Assembly (NCBI GenBank): GCA_963665095.1
Contig: OY762069.1
Coordinates: forward strand, 960,001 to 1,024,000
Length of the DNA stretch: 64,000 nt
Direction: 5' to 3'
Source: an uncultured Desulfobacter sp.
GTDB taxonomy: Bacteria; Desulfobacterota; Desulfobacteria; Desulfobacterales; Desulfobacteraceae
Made by a program: the position numbers and the translations under genes. The notes beneath the pieces are model-generated. The model ran no database searches. It saw nothing but the letters and a program-made list of their open reading frames with translations, and was not told the origin of the DNA. The first letter of the stretch is position 1; each line of letters begins with the position of its first letter. This document shows positions 1-9,542 of this stretch, piece after piece.

Positions 1-137
1 TGATAATGATAAGCCTTTTCGGATGTGTCTTTTGTAGTACCCCTCAAATTAAACCGTCTTCTATGTTAAAAACCCTGTCAAACTGGGCTTTCTATTATTT
101 TTTTTGATTTGTAAGACCTCACCATATACTATGAAGC

Positions 138-776
138 ATGGCACATTTCCACATCAAGAAGAAAAAAGGAAGACCCTACCTTTATGTGAGGGAGATCGCT
201 CGGGTAAACGGCAAGCCCAAGGTCATTTCTCAAACCTATATTGGTTCACCGGATCGGGTAGCGGGCCTTGTGAAGGGACAGTCTCAGGAAATAACAACCT
301 TGAGGGCTGAAGAATTCGGTGCGCTGTGGTTGGCCCAGCAAGCAGATAAAGACTTTGATCTTTGCTCTTTGATTGATGGGATTATTCCACCTGCAGATCG
401 AGAAAAAGGACCTACAATAGGGGAATATTTCCTTTATTGTGTCTGGAATCACATGATTGAGACCGCCAGTAAAAACAAATTGTCGGATTGGTATAAGAGA
501 GCCACGATCCAGCATATACGCCCTGTCGATCTAAACGAACTCTCATGCAAACGATACTGGGACAAATGGGACCGGGTTGATGAAAAAACCTTAAACGCTA
601 TCATATCCAAGTTCTTTGAACGTTTATGGCAGGTCGAAAACCCTTCTTCTGATTGCCTGCTATTTGACACCACTAATTATTATACCTTCATGGGAAGCCA
701 AACCGAGTCAAAAATAGCGCGCAGGGGTAAAAACAAGGAAGGGATGATCAGGAGGCGACCGTCAATCTCGTATTGA
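138..776 (+). pseudogene. IS1634-family transposase, 5' fragment (truncated at about nt 743)
   Basis: N-terminus KKKGRPYLYVREIAR..VISQTYIG and first DDE motif LLFDTTNYYTF..RGKNKEG resemble IS1634. The frame runs into foreign sequence and stops at 212 aa; full proteins are much longer. Confidence 0.8.
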
Positions 777-889
777 ATGTTGGATGCTTTAAACATGGGA
801 ATCGACTGTTCATCCCAATTCCGCTTGTTGAGCTTTTTGCTTATTTTTTTCTTGCATTTTGCCAGTTTTTTGCTGATATTTTTATTCAC
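755..889 (-). pseudogene. IS1380-family transposase, short 5' fragment
   Basis: Basic N-terminus ..KRNWDEQSIPMFKASNIQYEIDGR resembles IS1380-family N-termini. GTG start at 889; similarity ends at about 755. Confidence 0.55.
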
Positions 890-1050
890 TCGAAACGTCC
901 TTTCAATTTGGTATATTTCGTTGTGGTAAACTTATTATACCTTTTATTGATAGGCGTTTCGAAGATTTTATCTCATTTTTATTGCTTATCTCACGCTTGT
1001 TTTGAGATTAAAATGACAGTTTCTTGGAGAAGCCAGGAAAGGAGACAGTA

Positions 1051-1824
1051 ATGAAAGTCACCGTTTGCGAACTACCCAATAACTGGATTAATTCTAAATC
1101 AGATCAAGAAAAATTCCTATATCATCTTGAATCTGAGAAGACTGAACTGTTGTTATTGCCTGAAATGCCTTTTTCTTCTTGGCTGGCGGGAAAGAGGCTG
1201 CCTGATAAGAAAGCGTGGGAAAAGGCTGTGGCTAATCATAACATTTGGATAGAGAGGCTGGAAGAATTCAATGTACCGGTTATAGCCGGATCCCGGCCTG
1301 TGATAAAAGAGGGGAGGCCGCTGAATGTCGGATTTGTCTGGACCCGTGAACAAGGGGTAAAAGCGGTTCATGAAAAATATTATCTTCCTGATGAAGAGGG
1401 GTTCTGGGAATCAAGCTGGTATCACCGGGGCGACGGTCGTTTTGAACTGATTACGATCAACGGCCTGAAAATCGGATTTCTGATCTGTACGGAAATCTGG
1501 TTTAATCACCATGCACGGGAGTACGGCAAAATGGGGATGCATCTGCTGCTCTGCCCCCGTGCTGTGGGGTCGGTTACAACCGAGACCTGGCTGGCTGGCG
1601 GGCGGGCCGCGGCAAATGTGTCAGGGGCCTATTGCCTCTCTTCAAACTTTAATGGAGCCATTACGCCGGAGATGAATTTCGGAGGAACCGGATGGATAAT
1701 AGAACCGGAAGAGGGATTTGTCATGGGCAGGACATCTGAAAAAGAGCCGTTTCTTACCTTGGAAATAGATATCAGTCAAGCTGAAAAGGCCAAAGTCACA
1801 TACCCAAGGTATGTTAAAGAGTGA
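1051..1824 (+). CDS. carbon-nitrogen hydrolase (nitrilase superfamily)
   Basis: Catalytic triad motifs LLLPEM, HEKYYLP and ICTEIWF; GGAG Shine-Dalgarno before ATG at 1051. Confidence 0.9.
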   Translation: MKVTVCELPNNWINSKSDQEKFLYHLESEKTELLLLPEMPFSSWLAGKRLPDKKAWEKAVANHNIWIERLEEFNVPVIAGSRPVIKEGRPLNVGFVWTREQGVKAVHEKYYLPDEEGFWESSWYHRGDGRFELITINGLKIGFLICTEIWFNHHAREYGKMGMHLLLCPRAVGSVTTETWLAGGRAAANVSGAYCLSSNFNGAITPEMNFGGTGWIIEPEEGFVMGRTSEKEPFLTLEIDISQAEKAKVTYPRYVKE

Positions 1825-1946
1825 TCTGTCCTGTCTTTTGGGGACAATTGATAATTGGGTTCAGCAGGATTCTTTTCATCGATGAGTCGGGTACAGTCTG
1901 TCCAAAAACTGCAGATCCATATAATATGAGAATGAATCTATCTGTT

Positions 1947-2421
1947 ATGGAAACTAAATTTTGCACAATTCTAAATGCCCTAAAAAGCCCTGTAAATGTC
2001 GGTATGATTTTAAGAAGTCATGTAGCTTATGGCGGTGCAGAATTTATATTCACCGGTCAGGATCATTCATGGAAATTCAAAAAAGGGACACAGGTATTTT
2101 CCAGAAAGTTAGAAAATCAGTGCAACATTCTTCACATACCTGATCAGTATGACGCCTTGAGATGGTGCAGAAAAAACAATTATACGTCTATTGCTGTTGA
2201 GATTGCAAAAAAAAGCACATTTTCTGGATGAATTCTCATTTCAACATTGCTCGGCCATCATTGTTGGAAATGAAGAACATGGCCTTGATACCGGATTTAC
2301 GGAAAAGTGTGACCATATTGTGACCATAAAGCAAATTGGAAAAGTTGGCAGTTTGAATGTTGCGGTATCAGCTTCGACGGCAATGTTTGAATTCAACCGT
2401 CATTCCATTAAAGGGTGTTGA
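1947..2421 (+). pseudogene. TrmH/SpoU RNA methyltransferase, frameshifted
   Basis: SpoU motif 1 (NVGMILRS) is in one frame; motifs GNEEHG and SLNVAVS are in another. Removing one base in the A8/T4 runs at about 2207-2223 joins them. Confidence 0.8.
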
Positions 2422-2884
2422 AATCGATAACGTCTAAATATTACCAATCGCTTGAATCTGAAAGCATTTACGTCTAAAAAGGCCTCTGTTTAGTTGTAAT
2501 ATTTAATCGCCAAAAAAAAGAAAACACCACCACAGAGGCCTTATGCACGAGAAAAATATCAAGCGACTCATCACAAATCAATTGAATAAAAAAAATTCCC
2601 GAACTGGAAAAGGATGCCAAAGAAGTCCAAAAAAGAGCTGACAAAACAAATCATGATAGAAGTTGAAGGCAATTATTATTCTCAGAGCCTGGTGTAGATT
2701 CCCGAAATAATCTGAACAAAAACCCGCCAAATTTTTCATATTAAATTGACAAAGTTCCATTTTTCTCAAATTATCCTGTACAGGTTCTGATCAAAGCATT
2801 CTGACAAAAATGAAAAGGGCGAAAAGCTTTGCAGAGCCTCGCCCTTAAGACCGGGATTTATAAAATCCCAAAACAACCATAAAA

Positions 2885-3331
2885 ATGATAATAAAGGTCA
2901 AAGCTGATATCAAGCAAATTTTCAAGCAGGGCAAAAATTTTACATGGCCAAAACCGTCACGATGTCCACATTGCAACGACTCCAGGCTGTGGGGACACGG
3001 CTTTGTACTCTCCTTTTTTGATGGATTTGATCAAGGGGTGTATTTGAAGCGATATCGCTGCCCCTATTGCAAAACCGTATTCAAATTGAAGCCATATGGT
3101 TTTTTCAAGAGGTTCCAGGCCAGTATCTGGCAAATCCTTACCAGCATTATGAGTCGTCTATACACAGACCGGTATCTGCCGGAACTCTCCTGGAGTCGAC
3201 AGCATTTTTGGTTTACTGCATTGAAACGAAATATAGCGGCCTACCTGTCCAACAGTTGGGACAAAGGTGTGGTTGCTGGTTTTATCAAGCTAATCGGTAT
3301 GGGTAAAATCCCGGTTACCAGTTCAATTTAA
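2885..3331 (+). CDS. transposon-associated Zn-ribbon protein (DUF6431-like)
   Basis: CPHC..LWGHG..KRYRCPYC motifs; first gene inside the element. Confidence 0.75.
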   Translation: MIIKVKADIKQIFKQGKNFTWPKPSRCPHCNDSRLWGHGFVLSFFDGFDQGVYLKRYRCPYCKTVFKLKPYGFFKRFQASIWQILTSIMSRLYTDRYLPELSWSRQHFWFTALKRNIAAYLSNSWDKGVVAGFIKLIGMGKIPVTSSI

Positions 3332-3434
3332 CCATGGGGCTGGATCAGGTTTAAACCACCCTACCGAAGGCTGTGATTTACCGAAGGATCATACTGTCAT
3401 ACAAGCCCTTAGAACCAAATTTTAAGGAGGAAGT

Positions 3435-4691
3435 ATGACAGAAAATCAGAAAAAAGAGGTTGCCGTGTTCAGGTTTGGGGTCATTTGTGAATTTGTGACC
3501 GGAACAAATTTTGATTACGGTGAAAAAGAACGAATTTTACAGCAGAAGTGCGCCCGCAAATGGTCCATCCCGTATTCTGGAAGGACCAGGCTTTCCAGAA
3601 GTACGATTCTGGGATGGGTCCGGCAGTATAACGGTCGAATAGAGTCTCTTTACCCCAAAGACCGTTCAGACCAGGGAAAATCAAGGGTATTCGATGACGA
3701 GACTGCATCTCAACTAATCAAACTCCGGTTAGACCAGCCTGATGCGACAGTCGATACATTGATCTGTTCACTTCAAAAAACTACATGCCAGACATACAGT
3801 CCATCCAGTGTATACCGTTTTTTACGCGGCCGGGGGCTAATGAACACGGCCCGGCCAGAGGATAGAAGAAAGTTTGAAGCCCCGCACCCCAATGATATGT
3901 GGCAAAGCGACGTCATGCACGGCCCTACAGTCCTGGTTCAGGATAAGCAAAGAAAAACGTACCTGATTGCCATTATGGACGATCATTCCAGGCTGGTTAC
4001 GGCTGCAGGTTTTTATTTATCTGAGAATCTGAAGACCTATCTTATGGTGCTGGAGCAGGCTTTTTTGAGCCGTGGGCTTCCCCGCAAGCTGTATGTAGAT
4101 AACGGTCCTGCGTTCAGATCCCATCATTTAAAATATGTAGCAGCGTCTCTGTCCATCGCTTTAATCCATGCAAGGCCATATAAGCCCCAGGGGAAAGGTA
4201 AAATCGAGCGCTGGTTCAGAACGGTTCGGCTTCAGTTTCTGCAAAGATTTACAGGTAAGACCCTGGATGATCTGAATGGGGCATTTGAGAAGTGGCTTCA
4301 TAATGAGTACCATCAGCGTAAACACAGCTCCACAGGCGAATCACCGTTTAAAAGATTTACCTCGGCCATGGAGTGCATCCGTACCGCCCCACCGGATCTG
4401 AAAGACCACTTCCGCAAAACCGCCCGGCGCAAGGTGGCAAAGGACCGAACCATCACCCTTGACGGCAACATGTTTGAGGCCCCGGTTGCGCTGATCGGCA
4501 GACATGTGGATGTAAAGTACCATGAGGACACCCCTTTGCAGGCTGAAGTTATCTATAAAGCAAAGTCTTATGGCTTGTTAACCCCGGTGGACCTTGCTGT
4601 GAACTGTCGGGTCAAGCGGCACCGCTGGAACGAAAATGATATCCGGATTATGCCTGAACCCTCAAATTACAAGGGAGGGCAACTGTTATGA
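3435..4691 (+). CDS. DDE (rve-type) transposase with Mu-transposase-like C-terminal domain
   Basis: WQSDVMHG, MDDHSR, YVDNGPAF, GKGKIERWF; C-terminal RKVAKDRTITLDG; AGGAGG Shine-Dalgarno. Confidence 0.92.
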   Translation: MTENQKKEVAVFRFGVICEFVTGTNFDYGEKERILQQKCARKWSIPYSGRTRLSRSTILGWVRQYNGRIESLYPKDRSDQGKSRVFDDETASQLIKLRLDQPDATVDTLICSLQKTTCQTYSPSSVYRFLRGRGLMNTARPEDRRKFEAPHPNDMWQSDVMHGPTVLVQDKQRKTYLIAIMDDHSRLVTAAGFYLSENLKTYLMVLEQAFLSRGLPRKLYVDNGPAFRSHHLKYVAASLSIALIHARPYKPQGKGKIERWFRTVRLQFLQRFTGKTLDDLNGAFEKWLHNEYHQRKHSSTGESPFKRFTSAMECIRTAPPDLKDHFRKTARRKVAKDRTITLDGNMFEAPVALIGRHVDVKYHEDTPLQAEVIYKAKSYGLLTPVDLAVNCRVKRHRWNENDIRIMPEPSNYKGGQLL

Positions 4692-5497
4692 GTGAAATGT
4701 ATCGTACCTTTTTTGGCTTATATAGGGAGGCCTTCCCGGCGCAGATAGAAATCAATGATATCCTGGTCACCCCGGAGGTCTCGGGCGTTAAAAATCGGAT
4801 TGATTATTCCTTAAGACTTGGTTGCAGTGCGGTTATCACAGGGGATGTGGGCAGCGGAAAGTCCACCGCCTTAAGGTATGCCGCCTCATCCCTACACCCT
4901 TCGGAATACAAAGTCTTTTATGTTACGGCCTCAAGCGGTTCCATCATGGAACTTTACCGGCAGATTGTTGAAGAACTGGGCATAGAGCGGACATCGACGT
5001 CCCGCGCTGTTATGATCTCCATTATTAAAAATGAAATACGTGAATTCGTCCTGGGAAAAAAGATCAAAACCGTTTTGATTATAGATGAGGCATCTCTGCT
5101 TCGCATGGAAGTCTTTGCCGAACTTCACACCCTGGTTCAATTTGAAAAAGACGCCATGCCCTGGCTGCCTGTGATCCTTGCAGGTCAGCCGACATTGATA
5201 GATAAGCTTCAGTACCGGACGTCAATCCCGTTTGCATCCAGGATTGTGGCTAAAAGCCATCTGGATGGTCTGGATGTGGCTGGAATGAAAACTTACCTGA
5301 TCCATCATTTAAAACTATGCGGTGTTGACACCAACTTTTTTTCTGACCAGGCGGTGACTGCGATTCATCAAGGCTCCGGCGGCCTTTTACGAAAGGCGAA
5401 TAATCTTGCCAGAGGCTCATTGATTGCTGCTGCGGCAGAAAAATCAATGACGGTATCTGCAGAGCATGTCCGCATTGCTTCATCGGAAATTTTTTAA
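4688..5497 (+). CDS. ExeA-like AAA+ ATPase (transposition helper)
   Basis: Walker A GDVGSGKS, Walker B LIIDEA, ILAGQP; overlaps the transposase stop (ATGA). Confidence 0.9.
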   Translation: MSEMYRTFFGLYREAFPAQIEINDILVTPEVSGVKNRIDYSLRLGCSAVITGDVGSGKSTALRYAASSLHPSEYKVFYVTASSGSIMELYRQIVEELGIERTSTSRAVMISIIKNEIREFVLGKKIKTVLIIDEASLLRMEVFAELHTLVQFEKDAMPWLPVILAGQPTLIDKLQYRTSIPFASRIVAKSHLDGLDVAGMKTYLIHHLKLCGVDTNFFSDQAVTAIHQGSGGLLRKANNLARGSLIAAAAEKSMTVSAEHVRIASSEIF

Positions 5498-7354
5498 GAA
5501 AAAACAGCCATAGAGCAGAATATTACGATTTCGGTGAAACGGAGCCGGGCTCTGCTGAGGAGCAACCTGGTAAGGGATAGCCGGAAGCAGGCAGCATTGA
5601 ATAATGCGCCAGGGGAAGTGGGGATTACCTGCTTCCCCTTTCTGCTTTATTCAAGCTGTTCTGCCTATGCCTTAAAAACCTACTGAGAAGGAGCGCAGCG
5701 ACTTCTGTAGCTGTCTTAAATAATATGGAAAAGATTTAATCTGTTCAAAATAATTAGAAAATTTAAGTCAGGATAAAATGCGACTCAACACTGGATGTTC
5801 CTATCGAAGAACTCATCGGGATTCAAGATCAGACATTCTCAGCTGGCATTCGTAGCCTTTCTGAGATGGCATCCTATATTGAAAGTTTTCATTCAGAAAA
5901 CTTGTTTCATTTTGATACCTTGAAAAAGTCATATCCGGAAATTGTAGACCCGGAATTGCAGTTTATTGATCAACTGATAGACAATCAGATCATCAACAGC
6001 TTGATTACACCCGACAGCTATTCCGCCCCGCACAGGGATATTCAGCCATATCAGTTGTTTCGATGGAGCTTTTAAAAATAATCAAATACCCAGAGATCAG
6101 TTACAGAAAATTTTGCAGCGACAAGTATTTTGGTAGAGAACGAAAGCAAAACCGGCGTTTTGTGAGACTGCCTTTAAAGACTAAACTTCAGGCTGACCAT
6201 ACTGAATTGTGTCATTTTCGGCGTAGCCTGAATTTCACACAACTAATGAATGTCCTGGTGTATTTTTTCCATCATTTTTATAAATCTGGTTGTCTTGAAA
6301 GCGCGGTTATTCATGGCGTTGATTCTACTGAGTTGCCATCAGAGATCAACTATCCCCTTTGCACAATTAAGATCAAAGGCAAAAAGGTACGAATCTATTC
6401 CGACATGGATTGTGATTGTGGAAAGCGCCGGAAGAAAAGAGATAAGTCGTATTATGTTATTGGCTATCGGCTTCACACCCTGACAGCTATCAATCCATTG
6501 ACTGGCCATAGCTTTCCTTTGGTATCCCTTGTGGGGGCAGCCAATCATCATGACAGCCTGTTTTTAAAACCTTTGATAAAGCTTGCTCAGGCATTAGGCA
6601 TTGATATTAAGTTGATAACGGCCGATCAGGCTTATCACGATAGTGACGGTTCTACTCTTAATGACACCGGAGTTTATATTGTCGCCCCTGCATCAGAGAA
6701 AACGAAACTACCTGAAAATGTATTAGAATCACCCTTGAGGGTTACCTGTAATGATTCATGCGAGTTCCCAATGAAGTATTTGGGGACAACACAGGACGGC
6801 CATGAATTTGGCTGCGGTACAACACCAGGTGAGTGTATGTTCGAATCAAGATCCCCCAAATCAAGAGTCCTGGCTTTTGATAGTGGTTATTTCCAGCCAA
6901 TGCCGACGTTTCATCAAGGTTCTCAAGAAGCAATCGAGATTCGGAAGAACTGTGAACGTCCTTTCAATTTGATGAAAAAAAGGGAAGGCTTCGAACAAAC
7001 AAGGGTAAGAAGCCAGCATGCTGTAGTTGTTCGATCAGCGTTGACAACAATTGTAACCTTGTTGCTTGAAATGGCTGGTACAAGGCAGAAGCCTCAGAAA
7101 AAATATAATAAACAAAGGGAGTTGTTTGCAGCCACAGGATAAATCAAAAAATTCGACATTGAATTTTTCATAAAACCGATAGCTCGGACAATACCGGTAT
7201 ATCTGAAACCTCACCAAGGCCGTTTCATAAGATGAAAACACGCGGTAAAAATCAAATTCAGATTATACGACGGTAAAAATGAACTACTGGATTTTGAAAA
7301 AGAAAAAATTCAAACCTGTGAGGCAATTATAACTCCGTTATGATTTAAATAGTG

Positions 7355-8194
7355 TTATTTTTTAAAAAAGGTGCCGGCATGGCCGGCCAGGGTGGCCATT
7401 AACGCTTTTGTGGCATGACCCGGTGTACCATTGCCGATCAGAGTGTCATCTACCTGAACCACCGGGACAATTCCTTTATTTGTTCCCGTGATGAATACTT
7501 CCGATGCTGACAGCAGGGTGGAAAGAGGCAGGGCCTGCTCTAATACGGGAAATTGCACTTTGGCCATGGTCAGAACGGTTTTACGGGTAATGCCTTTGAG
7601 CACCCCTTTTTCAGGTGTGATCAGCGTGCCGTTTACAAATGCAAACAGGTTGCTGGTCGTCCCTTCAAGAACAACCCCGTCCCGGGTAGTGTACAAGGCT
7701 TCGGCAGCCCCGGCTGCTTTGGCGCGCTTGAGCGCGAGGACTGCCGGAATATAGTTGGTCACCTTGGCATCCGGGATGGCGCGTTCCTGGGTAAATGTGA
7801 TCACTTTTATTCCGTTTGTATACCAGTGGGCGGGCAGCGCAGGGATTTCTGTGGCAAGCACAATGAGTCTCGGGTGATCTGCAGGGCTGAAAAAGTCAGG
7901 GCTGGTTCCCCCCGTAATAAGAATGCGAATATTGGCCTCGTCCATGCCGGGATTTTTCTTCAGTACCTCAAGGACAATCTGTTTTATCTGTACATGGGAC
8001 CACTCAGGATCAAGACCGATTTTTACAGCAGACGCCAGAAGTCTTTCTATGTGGTCATCCAGACAAAAAGGGGTACCCCCATAGGTTCTGATAATATCAC
8101 AAACCGCATACCCTCTGAGTACGGCAAGGTCATCCACCGGAATAACAGCCTTGTCCCAGTCCACATACTCACCGTCCACATAAACTGTTTTCAA
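7355..8194 (-). CDS. aminotransferase class IV (D-amino-acid/branched-chain type)
   Basis: LRGYAVCDIIR, HIERL, AKVTNY (PLP lysine), EGTTSNLF, LKGITR; TTG start at 8194 after GGGAGGG. Confidence 0.9.
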   Translation of the reverse strand: MKTVYVDGEYVDWDKAVIPVDDLAVLRGYAVCDIIRTYGGTPFCLDDHIERLLASAVKIGLDPEWSHVQIKQIVLEVLKKNPGMDEANIRILITGGTSPDFFSPADHPRLIVLATEIPALPAHWYTNGIKVITFTQERAIPDAKVTNYIPAVLALKRAKAAGAAEALYTTRDGVVLEGTTSNLFAFVNGTLITPEKGVLKGITRKTVLTMAKVQFPVLEQALPLSTLLSASEVFITGTNKGIVPVVQVDDTLIGNGTPGHATKALMATLAGHAGTFFKK

Positions 8195-8323
8195 AGCAAT
8201 CCCTCCCAAAATTGAAAAATGCTGCCAGGTATAGTAAAAAGTGATATTTAAAATACGCACCCGCTGTCTGGTTTCAATGGGGTTGTCAAAATAAAACCGG
8301 GCTGCCCGAAAGGAGAATGACTT

Positions 8324-9064
8324 ATGGGACTGATTGCTGGTATTCGATATAACATCCGTGGTACAGCTCTGGCCTTGAAAACACCAGAACTTTTGATTCT
8401 GGGGCTTATACGGTTCGCTGTGGTCTTTCTGTTAACCATTTTACTTATCAGTATGGTGCTCTACTGGCACAATGATATTCTGTCCGCCATCTGGCAGATG
8501 CCTGAAAGTCGGTGGCTTGTCTGGTTGTGGCATGTTGTTTCCTGGTTTTTAACCGCATTTCTGGCGGCCTTAGCCATGCTGGTTTCCTATCTGTTGTCCC
8601 AGATTTTTTTCTGCGTGTTTATTATGGATTATATGTCCAGGATCACTGAGCGGATCATGCTGGGAAAAGAGGCCCCCAGTGCCCATACATCCATATTCGG
8701 GTTGTTTTTTCATTTAGTACGACAGGAGATACCCAGGGCTGTTATCCCTGTGGTGATTTCCATTGTCATTATGCTTGTAGGGCTGCTCACGCCGGTTAGC
8801 CTTGTGATTCTGGCTGTTTCATCCATTGCTGCTGCAGTGTTTCTGGCCTGGGACAATACCGACCTTGTACCGGCAAGACGCATGCAGCCCTTTAAGGAAC
8901 GGTTTCAGTTTTTAAAGAAAAATATTTTATTTCATATCGGGTTCGGGCTGTTGTTCCTGGTACCCTGGTTGAATATCCTGTTTTTGTCCTTTGCCCCGGT
9001 GGGCGCCACACTTTATTATTTAGACAGGGAAGGAGGCGGCCAGGGCAGTGGAACTCGTCTGTAA
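8324..9064 (+). CDS. EI24/CysZ-like membrane protein
   Basis: Several hydrophobic segments, DYMSRITE, C-terminal LVPWLNILFLSFAPVGATL. Confidence 0.75.
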   Translation: MGLIAGIRYNIRGTALALKTPELLILGLIRFAVVFLLTILLISMVLYWHNDILSAIWQMPESRWLVWLWHVVSWFLTAFLAALAMLVSYLLSQIFFCVFIMDYMSRITERIMLGKEAPSAHTSIFGLFFHLVRQEIPRAVIPVVISIVIMLVGLLTPVSLVILAVSSIAAAVFLAWDNTDLVPARRMQPFKERFQFLKKNILFHIGFGLLFLVPWLNILFLSFAPVGATLYYLDREGGGQGSGTRL

Positions 9065-9440
9065 AAAAGCCGATCCGGAAACCGGGACGCGCAGTGATGC
9101 CCAGAGCATAGAACTGCCGGAGCCGGTTATTTCCTGCCGCAACTGCCTGTCCTTAATAACAAGACCGATATTTTCACTGAATACGGGCCAGGGCTTTGCC
9201 CAGACCTTTGCCAATCCGGCAGGCCATGTTTTTGAAATCGGCTGTTTCAGCAGTGCTGACGGATGCGTGCGGGCATCTGCCCCATCCAGTGAATTTTCAT
9301 GGTTCCCAGGATTTGACTGGTCCATTGGCATATGCCGAAATTGCGCAATACAACTGGGCTGGATATTTTTTCCGACCCGGGAAGGGCAGGGCAGCAGGTT
9401 TTATGGCTTAATCCTGGATATGCTGATCTTTCCATCTTAG
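9048..9440 (+). CDS. bacterial cereblon-family (CULT domain) protein
   Basis: Two CxxC motifs, FANPAG, FSWFPGFDW, LGWIF, FYGLI. GTG start overlaps the upstream gene. Confidence 0.88.
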   Translation: MELVCKKADPETGTRSDAQSIELPEPVISCRNCLSLITRPIFSLNTGQGFAQTFANPAGHVFEIGCFSSADGCVRASAPSSEFSWFPGFDWSIGICRNCAIQLGWIFFPTREGQGSRFYGLILDMLIFPS

Positions 9441-9450
9441 GCAGTACACA

Positions 9451-9507
9451 AAACCGGAAAAGCCAGGTGTTATTTTGGGGTAACAGCACAAGGGGCTTTT
9501 CCGGTTT
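9451..9507. terminator. long hairpin between convergent genes
   Basis: 14-bp perfect inverted repeat AAACCGGAAAAGCC / GGCTTTTCCGGTTT enclosing a second small stem. Confidence 0.6.
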
Positions 9508-9542
9508 CGCATGGCCGTTGTCACCAGGACAGCATCGTCTTT

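Larger units (their letters stand above)
2693..5790 (+). mobile_element. complete 3098-bp TG...CA transposon (Zn-ribbon protein + Mu/TnsB-like transposase + ExeA/TnsC-like ATPase)
   Basis: Ends TGTAGATT.. and ..ACTCAACA; 4-bp direct repeat CTGG at 2689-2692 and 5791-5794. Excision restores the host reading frame. Confidence 0.9.
2543..7142 (+). pseudogene. IS4/IS5/IS1182-like DDE transposase, interrupted by a nested element and frameshifted
   Basis: Starts MHEKNIKRL at 2543. The frame is continuous across the insertion (..SQSL|DVPIEELIG..). Motifs VDSTEL, TADQAY and RKNCERPFNLMK are present. Frameshifts lie at about 2590 (poly-A) and about 6062. Confidence 0.8.
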
